Both the position numbers and the translations under genes were made by a program. Source: a candidate division FCPU426 bacterium (GTDB lineage Bacteria; Oederibacteriota; Muellerivitia; Muellerivitales; Muellerivitaceae). Taken from it: DNA of 64,000 bases. The notes under the pieces are model-generated. The model saw only the letters and a list, made by a program, of their open reading frames with translations, was not told the origin of the DNA and did not search any database. Position 1 is the stretch's first letter; each line of letters starts with the position of its first letter. The stretch covers positions 2,257-66,256 of the forward strand of contig JAHFCG010000001.1 in NCBI GenBank assembly GCA_023249615.1. The letters are read 5' to 3'. Positions 40,619-49,413 of the stretch are shown piece by piece.

Positions 40619-41105
40619 CCCTTAGTCCCTCAAGATTAAAGGTCTTTTCCATGTTAAACAAAATAATTAACCGGTCCCGTACCGTCAATAACCCCTTCAC
40701 GAAATCAAGGGTGATATTCAGGACGGGCTGGGTGGCCTTCTCGATCGCGGTGGGGGAAACCCGTAAAACCTCCACCACCTTGTCCACGAGGAGCCCAAGC
40801 ATTTGGTCCTTGGTTTCCACGACCAGGATCCGGGTTTCCGGGGTCCTTTCCACCAAAGGCATTTCAAACCGTTTTTTAAGGTCCAAAACCGGAAAAATGC
40901 GGCCCCGGAGGTTGATTATCCCCTCCAGGTATTTTGGCGCCTTCGGCATGAGCGTAATTTCTGAAACCCGGATAATTTCCCGCACTTCCTGGATTTCCAG
41001 GGCAAGTTCACAACCCGAAAGGGTAAAAACCACAAGTTGAATCTCGGCCTTGTCCTTTGCCTGGGAGTTAAAAATTTCGGCAGTCGAAACGCTCATTCCA
41101 TTCAC
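40584..41105 (-). CDS. cheW: CheW coupling protein
   Basis: VVFTLSGCELALEIQEVREI... CheW fold, ~170 aa. Confidence 0.85.
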   Translation of the reverse strand: MNGMSVSTAEIFNSQAKDKAEIQLVVFTLSGCELALEIQEVREIIRVSEITLMPKAPKYLEGIINLRGRIFPVLDLKKRFEMPLVERTPETRILVVETKDQMLGLLVDKVVEVLRVSPTAIEKATQPVLNITLDFVKGLLTVRDRLIILFNMEKTFNLEGLRVVVDSEAAIPK

Positions 41106-41117
41106 CTCTTGGGTCGC

Positions 41118-41603
41118 TTAAATCACCAGATTGGGTTGATTCAATTTTCTTATTTCCACCTTTCCATCCGAAAGGGAGAAAAACATCGTCCTGCCCTGGG
41201 ACCCGCCAACCTCTTCACCTTTTATCCGAATCCCCTTTTCCCGCAGTATTTCCCGAATGGCCGAGGCATTCCTCATACCGATCGGAACAGCCTGCTGGGC
41301 GATGGAAACAAACATATTGGCCCCGCCGACCAATTTGGCCTCCACGGAGGTAAAATCGGCCCCTTCTTTCTTCATCCCGGCAAAAAGCGCGATCATGGCG
41401 GTGTCAGCGTACTTTCCAGGCACTGAAACCTGGGAATGCATTCGGCTGGAAGGTAGCATGATATGGGCAAGCCCGCCGATTTTTTTTACCCGGTCATAGA
41501 GGGTCACCGCTACGCAGGAACCAAGTCCGTAAGCCGCCAATCTTCCAGGATCCGTCGCCGTTTTGATTTCCGCGATTCCCACCACAAAATCATTTTCAGC
41601 CAT
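41118..41603 (-). CDS. cheD: Chemoreceptor glutamine deamidase CheD
   Basis: AYGLGSCVAVTLYDRVKKIGGLAHIMLP... conserved CheD catalytic region. Confidence 0.85.
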   Translation of the reverse strand: MAENDFVVGIAEIKTATDPGRLAAYGLGSCVAVTLYDRVKKIGGLAHIMLPSSRMHSQVSVPGKYADTAMIALFAGMKKEGADFTSVEAKLVGGANMFVSIAQQAVPIGMRNASAIREILREKGIRIKGEEVGGSQGRTMFFSLSDGKVEIRKLNQPNLVI

Positions 41604-42234
41604 CGCTGGGAAGTCCCAGTGATTTTGAGAATGCCGCGAAAAACTTTTTCAGGGAATCCGCCTCCGGCAAAAGGAAAAAACTGCCGGTCAATTGCTTGTC
41701 ATCCTCCAAAAACTGGGTTTCGATCACGATGGCCACTTCCTCCCGTTGCTCGAGTTCCACCAGGACTGTATCCAAAATCGCCTGGGCCATGTCAATCGCA
41801 AGGCTCGGAACCCCGTGAATGAGCTGAAGGTTGATAAAACGGAAGAGGGCGCTCAAGTAAGAGCCGGTCAGAATGCTTCCCAACTCCTTGATGGCTGATT
41901 GGCCCAGCTCGGAAAGGTTATTGGGATCTTCTTCCTTCCTGCCGATCAGCATCGCGGAAAGCTCCGGCAGTCGTTCCAGGGGAAAAAAAATGAGGGCAAT
42001 GCCGAGCATCTCCCCATAAACCGGCATATGAACCGCGGCGACATTTTTCTCAATTCCACCCAAGAAACCGGCGATGGCGTCAGCGGGAAGGACAAGCACC
42101 TTCGTGACCGACATATCAACTCTTTTGCCCACCATTTGGGATAGGGCGGTCGCGGCGTTTCCGGCCCCGATATTTCCGATTTCCCTCAGGGCGTCCAGCT
42201 GAAATTCGGTAAAGGGTTTTGAATCATTGGCCAT
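41596..42234 (-). CDS. cheC: Second CheC-family phosphatase
   Basis: LDALREIGNIGAGNAATALSQMVGKRV... Confidence 0.8.
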   Translation of the reverse strand: MANDSKPFTEFQLDALREIGNIGAGNAATALSQMVGKRVDMSVTKVLVLPADAIAGFLGGIEKNVAAVHMPVYGEMLGIALIFFPLERLPELSAMLIGRKEEDPNNLSELGQSAIKELGSILTGSYLSALFRFINLQLIHGVPSLAIDMAQAILDTVLVELEQREEVAIVIETQFLEDDKQLTGSFFLLPEADSLKKFFAAFSKSLGLPSDG

Positions 42235-42301
42235 AGGATCTGCCTTTCGGGGTTCCGTGTTCGGGTCGAGACGATTGAAGACTGATCAACACTGGGGGGG
42301 T

Positions 42302-42664
42302 TCAGCCCAGAACTTTTTTAACGGCCTCAAGAACATTGGAGGGTTGAAAGGGTTTTACGATGAAATCTTTCGCTCCCGCCTGGATGGCTTCAACCACCAG
42401 GGATTGCTGGCCCATGGAACTGCACATCAAAATTTTGGCGGCAGGATTCCCCTTCACAATTTCACGGACGGCGTCAATACCGCCCATTTCAGGCATGATA
42501 ATGTCCATGATCACGAGGTCGGGCTTCAGGGTTTTATACTGCTCAACGGCTTTGGCCCCGTTTTCGGCCTCCCCGATCACCTCATAACCCGAACCCACCA
42601 GAATGTTTTTCAACATCATCCGCATGAATGAAGCGTCATCCACCAGCATTACGCGATGAGCCAC
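42302..42664 (-). CDS. cheY: CheY-like response regulator
   Basis: VMLVDDASFMR...DLVIMDIIMPEMGGIDA. Confidence 0.85.
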   Translation of the reverse strand: MAHRVMLVDDASFMRMMLKNILVGSGYEVIGEAENGAKAVEQYKTLKPDLVIMDIIMPEMGGIDAVREIVKGNPAAKILMCSSMGQQSLVVEAIQAGAKDFIVKPFQPSNVLEAVKKVLG

Positions 42665-42758
42665 GACTTCCTCCCCAAACTAAATTTTGAATTTTTAATT
42701 CTTAATTTTTAACAGGCGACCCAATCAAGAATTTAAAATTAAACATTAACAATAGCTT

Positions 42759-43097
42759 TTATAAGGCGTTCTCACCCCGCTCGCCAGTTCGGACCCGGAT
42801 CGCGTCCTCCAGGGGCATTATAAAAAATTTCCCGTCGCCCACCCGCCCCGTACGGACGGTTTCCAGCAAAAGCTCCACCACCTTTTCAATCTCATCGTCG
42901 GGAAGGGCGATTTCAAGGCGTGTTCTCGGCTGGTATTGTACCTTATAATCGGCGCCCTTCACCGCCTCCACCTGGACTTTCTGATACCCGTAGCCGGAAC
43001 CATCCGAAATGGTCACGCCCCGAACACCCGCCTCCCACAGTACTTTTTTAACCTGATCTATTTTTTTGGGGGTAATCACGCAGACAAGAAGTTTCAT
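42759..43097 (-). CDS. PII (GlnB/GlnK-like) signal-transduction protein
   Basis: 112 aa; MKLLVCVITPKK...GYGYQKV...KGADY (T-loop with Tyr)...GRVGDGKFFIMPLEDAIRVRTGE matches the PII fold end to end. Confidence 0.75.
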   Translation of the reverse strand: MKLLVCVITPKKIDQVKKVLWEAGVRGVTISDGSGYGYQKVQVEAVKGADYKVQYQPRTRLEIALPDDEIEKVVELLLETVRTGRVGDGKFFIMPLEDAIRVRTGERGENAL

Positions 43098-43104
43098 GGA
43101 ATTC

Positions 43105-45357
43105 CTATTTAATCAGTTTGGATTGGCTCGCGCTCGGGGAAATCTGAAGTTCTTTTTTCCAGGCCTGAATCTGCTGGATCACATCCACCGCCTGAAGAGC
43201 CTTTTCCTCGTCGGGATTCGGGGAATCCAGGTATTTTTGGAATTCCTTGATTGCCTCATCCCACCAGCTTTTATACCTGTAAACCTGGGCTAGATGGAAA
43301 TGAATTTCATTTAAATTTGGCTCCAGTTCCTGACTTTTTTTCAGTTCTACCAGGGCCTCGTCCCACCATTGACGGCTGATATAAACCCTTCCTAATTGAA
43401 GGTGAGCCTCGGGATAAAGGGGATCGCACGAGACGGCCCTTGCCAGGACCTTTACCGCGTCGTCCAGGGACTGGGTAAGAAGATAAACCTCGCCCAACCG
43501 GGTAAGCGCCTCCCTGTTTTTGGGGCTGAGACGGATGGCTTCCTGGAATTCCTGGATTGCTTCGGGGAATTGGCCCGTGCTTTTATAAAGGTTGCCCAGG
43601 TTAAAATGGAGGCTTGGGTTTTCCGGATCCGCCATGATTTGTTTGATCAGGACTTCCGAGGCCTCGGACAGGACATTTTTTTTCTTTAAAGCGACGGCAA
43701 GGTTGTTTTGGGCCGTCTTATAGTCCGGTTCGATATCAACGGCTTTTTTGAAGGCCTCAATCGCCTTTTCGTATTGGCTTTGTTTGAAATAAACAACCCC
43801 CAGGTTGTTGTAAGCCTTGGCGTATTTGGGATTAAGTTGAATGGCCTGTTGATAATGTTGAATCGCCTCCGGAACCAACCCCGCGTTTTTGTAGGCGACC
43901 CCGAGGCTGTTATGGATAATCGGGTTTTTGGGGTCAAATTCCATTGCCTTTTTGTATTCCGCGATGGCTTCCTCAAACCGGCCCTTGTCGGCGAAGGCAA
44001 GGCCCAAATAAGTCAGCGCCTCGGCGCTGGAGGCGATGGAGACATTCAATTCGATGGCCTGGGAAATTTCACGAATGGCTTCGTCGTAAAGGTTGACCTT
44101 GTAATAGTAAACCCCCAGGTAGTAATGGGCCTCGGCGTTTTGGGGATCAATTTCCAGGGCCTGCCGAACCTCCCTGGTCGCCTTTTCACTTTCCCCCATT
44201 TTGAAATAAGTGACCCCCAATTCAAAATGGGCCATGCTGGACCCGGGGACCAGTTCAATGGCCTTTGTAAATTGGACGGCGGCCTGATCGGTTCGATTAA
44301 GCTCACGCAGGGCGATTCCGGCCTGAATATAATTTTCGACGTGCCCGGGAGCCAATTCAATGGCTTTCCGGGAGGCGGCCAAAGCGTCCTCGAACATCCC
44401 CTTCAACAGATACAGCTCGCCCACCGCGCGAAAAAGCTTTTCCTCGTTCGGCATGGCCTCAATGGCCCTCCGGTATTCCCGGAGAGCCTCCTCAAGCAGG
44501 CCTTTTCCCTTGTAAGCTGCGGCCAAACTCAGATAAGTTTCCGCGTTGGAAGTTCCGGCTGGTTGAGCCGCGACCTTTTCGGCCACCTTTTCTTCCATGG
44601 TTTTCGGCCGTTCGATCGCCAAAAGCGCCTGGGCCCCCTGGCCGAAATTGGGGTTTAAATCGACCGCCTTTTTGAATTCCCTCTCGGCTTCCTCCAGCAT
44701 GTTTTTATCCCCATAAACGAAACTCAAATTGTAATGGGCAATGGCATAATCCGGGTTCAGGGAAATGGCCTTTTTAAATTCGATCAACGCCTCATTGATC
44801 ATGGCCTTTTTGTAATAAACCTCGCCAAGATTGTTGTGGAGGTCGGCGAAATAGGGATTTTTGTCAATGGCCTTTCGAAACTCGACCATAGCTTGGTCAA
44901 AATTTCCCATGGCCTTGTGGGCTATCCCCAGGTAATTTCGGGCGAAGGGATGGTCCTGATTCAGCAGGAGGGTTTTCTGGTATTCCTCCACTGCCTTTTC
45001 GTATTGCCCGGTGTAACGATACGCGTTGGCCAGGTTATAAAAGGCCTCGGCATCCTGGGGAAACATCTGGACTGATTTTTTGTAGGCCTCGATGGAACGG
45101 TCATAAAGCCCCGTGTGACGGTTGACGGATTTCAGGTTTTCCTGTGCCTGGGCGTTTTCCGGCTCGACTTCCAGGGCCGTCTTGAATTCCTTGATGGCCT
45201 CCGCGTACATTCCCTTGGAATAATAAAAAACCCCAAGGTTGTTATGGGTGGAGGCATCGCCCTGGTCCGAGCCGTGGGCCATTTCACGGATGGTTTTCGT
45301 TTCAGGGCGGGAAGGCATAATCAACCTCGGAGGAAGGCAATGATAGGGTTTTTTCAT
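43105..45357 (-). CDS. Large TPR-repeat protein (~750 aa)
   Basis: About 20 consecutive 34-residue TPR units (AxxxYxxAlxlxP pattern). Confidence 0.8.
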   Translation of the reverse strand: MKKPYHCLPPRLIMPSRPETKTIREMAHGSDQGDASTHNNLGVFYYSKGMYAEAIKEFKTALEVEPENAQAQENLKSVNRHTGLYDRSIEAYKKSVQMFPQDAEAFYNLANAYRYTGQYEKAVEEYQKTLLLNQDHPFARNYLGIAHKAMGNFDQAMVEFRKAIDKNPYFADLHNNLGEVYYKKAMINEALIEFKKAISLNPDYAIAHYNLSFVYGDKNMLEEAEREFKKAVDLNPNFGQGAQALLAIERPKTMEEKVAEKVAAQPAGTSNAETYLSLAAAYKGKGLLEEALREYRRAIEAMPNEEKLFRAVGELYLLKGMFEDALAASRKAIELAPGHVENYIQAGIALRELNRTDQAAVQFTKAIELVPGSSMAHFELGVTYFKMGESEKATREVRQALEIDPQNAEAHYYLGVYYYKVNLYDEAIREISQAIELNVSIASSAEALTYLGLAFADKGRFEEAIAEYKKAMEFDPKNPIIHNSLGVAYKNAGLVPEAIQHYQQAIQLNPKYAKAYNNLGVVYFKQSQYEKAIEAFKKAVDIEPDYKTAQNNLAVALKKKNVLSEASEVLIKQIMADPENPSLHFNLGNLYKSTGQFPEAIQEFQEAIRLSPKNREALTRLGEVYLLTQSLDDAVKVLARAVSCDPLYPEAHLQLGRVYISRQWWDEALVELKKSQELEPNLNEIHFHLAQVYRYKSWWDEAIKEFQKYLDSPNPDEEKALQAVDVIQQIQAWKKELQISPSASQSKLIK

Positions 45358-45940
45358 CCACTAGCTTATCCGGGTTCAAAACGGAGTAAATATCCTCCTT
45401 GATTTTTCCGAGACAATAATACAAATCGTTCTTTTTCCCGAAGAGGTAGGGGGGGCAGGGCTCAATCTGGTCAATCTTCAAACGGGCCACCTCCCTGACC
45501 TGGTCCACCCACAAAATAAAGGGAAGCCCCTTTTTTTCCAGGACGATAAACCAAGTTCCCTTGCTCGCGGGGACGGCTCCCAACCCAAGGAATTTCCGGA
45601 AGGATAAAACCGGAAAAACTTTTCCCCTTAAAATCAACTCACCCTCCCAAAAATCCTGGGGCTGGGCCAGGGGACGCAAAATGGAATGTTTCAAAACCTC
45701 CCGAACCCGGTAGGTTTCGATTCCATAAAGCTCATTTTCCACCTGAAAGGTCAAAACCATCATTCCCTGCATCACCTGGAGGATATCCCGTTCCTCCACA
45801 AAACCGAGGCGCACGAGAACCTTGCCAATGGGCTCGTGGTTTTTTTTCTGCTCCCCCAAGGCCACCTGTATCTGGCGCGAGGTTATTTTTCCAGCCTGGC
45901 GGAGAAGTTCTCCCAGGGATTTTTCCTGCGGTTTCATCAT
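45302..45940 (-). CDS. MshEN (T2SSE_N-like c-di-GMP-binding) domain fused to a CheW-like domain
   Basis: N-terminal SLGELLRQAGKITSRQIQVALGEQ fits the MshEN 24-mer RLGxxLLxxGLLxxxxLxxxLxxQ. The C-terminal half is CheW-like (LTFQVENELYGIETYRVREV). Confidence 0.6.
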   Translation of the reverse strand: MMKPQEKSLGELLRQAGKITSRQIQVALGEQKKNHEPIGKVLVRLGFVEERDILQVMQGMMVLTFQVENELYGIETYRVREVLKHSILRPLAQPQDFWEGELILRGKVFPVLSFRKFLGLGAVPASKGTWFIVLEKKGLPFILWVDQVREVARLKIDQIEPCPPYLFGKKNDLYYCLGKIKEDIYSVLNPDKLVDEKTLSLPSSEVDYAFPP

Positions 45941-47121
45941 ACGACGGTGCTCCCCTTCATGATTTTAAGGTTGTTTTTCAAAATTTCATTGGTCGGGTCC
46001 AAGGCCAGGGACTTTTCCCAATGGTCAAGGGCCATTTGTTTTTCACCCTTTTTCATATATATATTTCCCAATTTTGAATGGGCGTCCGCGTGGGTCGGAT
46101 TAAGGCTTAACAGTTTTTCATATTCCACGATCGCCTCATCAAAGTGGCCCAATTTGTAGTTCAGGTTTCCCAAATTATCCAGGATCAGGACATCGTTTGG
46201 GTTGATTAATTTCGCTGCCTTATATTCCTCCAGGGCCTTTTGAATGTCCCCTTGTTTATCATAAATATAACCCAAAACGTTGTGAACGCTGGCGTCATTT
46301 GGGTTAATTTCCATCACTTTTCGGTACATCTTGATCGCGTCCTCATGAAGTCCGCGGCCCGCGTAAATCATCCCCAGCTTGAGATAAACCTCGGCGTTGT
46401 TGGGATTTTTTTCGCGGGCCTGCTTTAAAACCTCGATCGCCTTGTCATATTGCCCCAGTGACATAAAGGCGTGTCCCATTTTCAAATGGGCTTCCGGTTC
46501 ATGGGGGTTGAGTTTCAGCGCCTGCTGGTATTGAACCAGGGCTTCCGGGTACATCCCGCGTTTGGAATAGGCGTTCCCCAGAATGGCGTAAACGGCCGCA
46601 TGCCTCGGGTTGGCGATTAGGGCCTTTTCGTAGGCTGAGATGGCCTCGTCCAAATGACCGGATTGTTCGCAGGCATATCCCATCTTGAAATAGATTTCCG
46701 CGTTGCTCGGATTTATGGCGGTGTAATTCTTGTATTGTTCAACGGCCTCCTGGTAGGCCCCCATTTTCGCGTAAACATTCCCCAGGTTGTTAAAGAGGCC
46801 GGCGTCGCCCGGATTAAGTTCGATTGATTTTTTGAATTCCAAAACAGCATCGGGGTATTTCCCCTGAATCTCCAAAAGGAGCCCCAATTTACAATGCGCG
46901 TTAAGGTTCATGGGGTTTATTTCGAGGGACTTCCGGTAATAGGATTCCGCTTCGGGATAATTTCCCATATTGGTGCAAAGGGCTCCCAAATGAAACAATA
47001 TTTCTCCGTCATTGGGGGTTAATTCGAGGGCTTTTTTAAACTCAACCAGCGCGTCCTCATACCGCTTGGAAAGCGTAAAAGCCGTCCCGAGATTGATATG
47101 ATCCTGCGCCTTATCCATCAC
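45937..47121 (-). CDS. TPR-repeat protein (~394 aa)
   Basis: About 11 TPR units. Confidence 0.8.
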   Translation of the reverse strand: MMDKAQDHINLGTAFTLSKRYEDALVEFKKALELTPNDGEILFHLGALCTNMGNYPEAESYYRKSLEINPMNLNAHCKLGLLLEIQGKYPDAVLEFKKSIELNPGDAGLFNNLGNVYAKMGAYQEAVEQYKNYTAINPSNAEIYFKMGYACEQSGHLDEAISAYEKALIANPRHAAVYAILGNAYSKRGMYPEALVQYQQALKLNPHEPEAHLKMGHAFMSLGQYDKAIEVLKQAREKNPNNAEVYLKLGMIYAGRGLHEDAIKMYRKVMEINPNDASVHNVLGYIYDKQGDIQKALEEYKAAKLINPNDVLILDNLGNLNYKLGHFDEAIVEYEKLLSLNPTHADAHSKLGNIYMKKGEKQMALDHWEKSLALDPTNEILKNNLKIMKGSTVV

Positions 47122-47980
47122 TCACCTTTTCCTCTTTGTTTGTTTCCCAAAAATTTTCGGTTTTTTCCAAAAGTCTGTAAATTCTGTTCCGAACATCAAC
47201 ACATTCATAAAATTTTCTGGAAGGTCCCAATAATGTTTCCGTCAAACCCAAAATCAAAAACCCTCCCGCGGCCAAGGCGCCGGCGAAATTTTTATAGATT
47301 TTTTGCTGCAGGGGCGCCGTCAGATAGATCAAAAGGTTCCGGCAAAAAATCAACTGAAACCCGGACAACTCATCCACCCATTCCGACAACAAATCGTGGG
47401 CCCTGAAATGAACATGCTTTTTAAGATCCGCGACAACCCTGGCTCTGGAACCCTCCACGTAAAACCAGCGGGTGACCTGAGCCTTGGAAAGCTTTTTGAG
47501 CGCCTCGACCGGATATTCACCTTTTTCAGCCGTTCGAATGCTGGCCATGTCAATATCCGTGGCGAAAATCTCAAAATCAAATCCAGGCTGGGAAAAGGAG
47601 CACTCCTTCAAAATCATGGCTACGGAATAGGGTTCCTCCCCCGTACTGCACCCCGCGCACCAAATTTTCAGTTTAATCCCGGGATTCACGGGAAAACCCG
47701 GTAAAATATTTTGCTTAATCGCCTGGTAAACATTTGGGTCACGAAAAAATTCTGTGACGTGGATGGTCAGCCGATCCAATAGAAGCGCGGGTTCCTGCCT
47801 GTTATTTTGCAAAACCCGAAGATAATCAAGGTAAGTTTTTGTTTCCATGGCCCGCATCCGGACAGCGACACGGCGTTTGATGTAATTTGGCTTATACTGA
47901 TGGCCGTCAAAACCCTTTGTCTTCAAAAGAAGGGCCAGGATTTTTTGAAAATTCGGATCCTCTTCTTTCCCAGCGTTCAT
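47111..47980 (-). CDS. cheR: Chemotaxis methyltransferase CheR
   Basis: ...FFRDPNVYQ...IWCAGCSTGEEPYSVAMIL... SAM-binding core. Confidence 0.85.
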   Translation of the reverse strand: MNAGKEEDPNFQKILALLLKTKGFDGHQYKPNYIKRRVAVRMRAMETKTYLDYLRVLQNNRQEPALLLDRLTIHVTEFFRDPNVYQAIKQNILPGFPVNPGIKLKIWCAGCSTGEEPYSVAMILKECSFSQPGFDFEIFATDIDMASIRTAEKGEYPVEALKKLSKAQVTRWFYVEGSRARVVADLKKHVHFRAHDLLSEWVDELSGFQLIFCRNLLIYLTAPLQQKIYKNFAGALAAGGFLILGLTETLLGPSRKFYECVDVRNRIYRLLEKTENFWETNKEEKVSDG

Positions 47981-48010
47981 GAAAGGTCCTTGTCCGTTTG
48001 TAGCGCTCCC

Positions 48011-48985
48011 TCAAGGCTGGTAAATCGCCTCAAACCCTTTCTGAATTGGGAAATTATTGGTAATGATTTGGGCCAATGAATATTCCGGTCCTGTGTAAAA
48101 AACCTGGGCGATTCCCCTTTCCACAAGGATGGGAGGGTCCCAAAGTCCCGCCGGTTTAACTTCCCTCAGCTGGAATTTTTGTCCTTCCACCACACCTTTT
48201 TTGCTGCCGGCCGTGATAAAAATAAATTCAGGCTGGTTGAAATTATCCATATTGGGGTACCCCCCAGCCACGTAACATTTAACCGGGTGGTCCGGAAGGG
48301 TCTTTTTAACCTGCGCCTGTTTCCAGCGTTTTAATTCATCATCATAAAACCTTACCTGGTCACCCGCCTCAAAGGGGTAAAAGGTTTTTTTAACCTCCAC
48401 CTGACACCGCCGCTTTTCCACCGAAAGGACCTTCACGATTCCTAAATTCCTGACGTAGAGTCCCGAAAAACCCGATTGGGATTCCCTAACATTGTAAATG
48501 GTATTATAAACAATCAGCAGGTCCCCCGGCTTGACGCCATATTTGGTTGACGAAACCTCAATGTATGTTTTTTTCCCCGTGCTGTAAGAAACCTGGTTAT
48601 CAAAAGAACCAACAACATGGCCAACCGAGGAAACCTTTGATTCCTCCGGTACCAAAAAACCAGAACTGACAAAATAATAAAACCCGATTTTATCGTTGAT
48701 CCGGACCCTGGCCATTTTGGACCCGGGCTTGTCCTCCACGGGCTTATCCTGTTTCAGGGTAATTTCCGACTTGGGGGGTTCTTCCCGTGCTTTTGAATCT
48801 TCCCGCCTCGTATTTTCGGACCTGGGTGCTGGGACGGTGGGGGTCGGTGGGGCATCCATGTCAGCCTCATCCTCCTCAACCTCAATCGTCGCCGAAACCG
48901 CAAGGACCGGACGAAGAAAAGAAACAATGAGGACGGAAATCAAAATTAAGGAAAACGCCGAAACTTTCAATTTCTTAATGGGCAT
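48011..48985 (-). CDS. Hypothetical secreted/anchored protein with an acidic Pro-rich linker and a C-terminal beta-rich domain
   Basis: N-terminal TM/signal FSLILISVLIVSFLRPVLA; no recognisable family. Confidence 0.5.
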   Translation of the reverse strand: MPIKKLKVSAFSLILISVLIVSFLRPVLAVSATIEVEEDEADMDAPPTPTVPAPRSENTRREDSKAREEPPKSEITLKQDKPVEDKPGSKMARVRINDKIGFYYFVSSGFLVPEESKVSSVGHVVGSFDNQVSYSTGKKTYIEVSSTKYGVKPGDLLIVYNTIYNVRESQSGFSGLYVRNLGIVKVLSVEKRRCQVEVKKTFYPFEAGDQVRFYDDELKRWKQAQVKKTLPDHPVKCYVAGGYPNMDNFNQPEFIFITAGSKKGVVEGQKFQLREVKPAGLWDPPILVERGIAQVFYTGPEYSLAQIITNNFPIQKGFEAIYQP

Positions 48986-49382
48986 AATTTACCTCGTCAT
49001 AAAGTTTTTTTGCTTTGGAACGCCACTCCTCCTGAGAGGCGTATTGGGTCGTGATAATGTCAATGTAAGGCAGCGCCTGTTTCCGAAGCGCCACTATGTT
49101 TGAGGCGTTCGCCTTAATTTCAGCGCTATGGAAAAGGGCCTCGGCGCACAAATCCGATTTTTCGGGATAATCCGAGTATAATTTTCCATAAATTTCAACG
49201 GCGTGGTCCCCGTTCCCCATCAAATCGCACCAACGGCCGGCCCGAAAAAGAACCAACGGGGCGTCAGGATCCTTGGGGTTGGCTTTTACCCAGTCCACCG
49301 CCTGGTCGGCGAGTATCGAACTATTCAAAAGCAAAATAGTGACAACAATCAGGCCAATCGCTCCATAAATCAACTTTTTCAA
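48975..49382 (-). CDS. Small signal-peptide protein with TPR-like helical repeats (YbgF/BamD-like fold)
   Basis: Signal peptide MKKLIYGAIGLIVVTILLL; helical repeats. Confidence 0.5.
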   Translation of the reverse strand: MKKLIYGAIGLIVVTILLLNSSILADQAVDWVKANPKDPDAPLVLFRAGRWCDLMGNGDHAVEIYGKLYSDYPEKSDLCAEALFHSAEIKANASNIVALRKQALPYIDIITTQYASQEEWRSKAKKLYDEVNYAH

Positions 49383-49413
49383 GTCAATCCCCTTTCAAGG
49401 ACGAATTTTTTCT

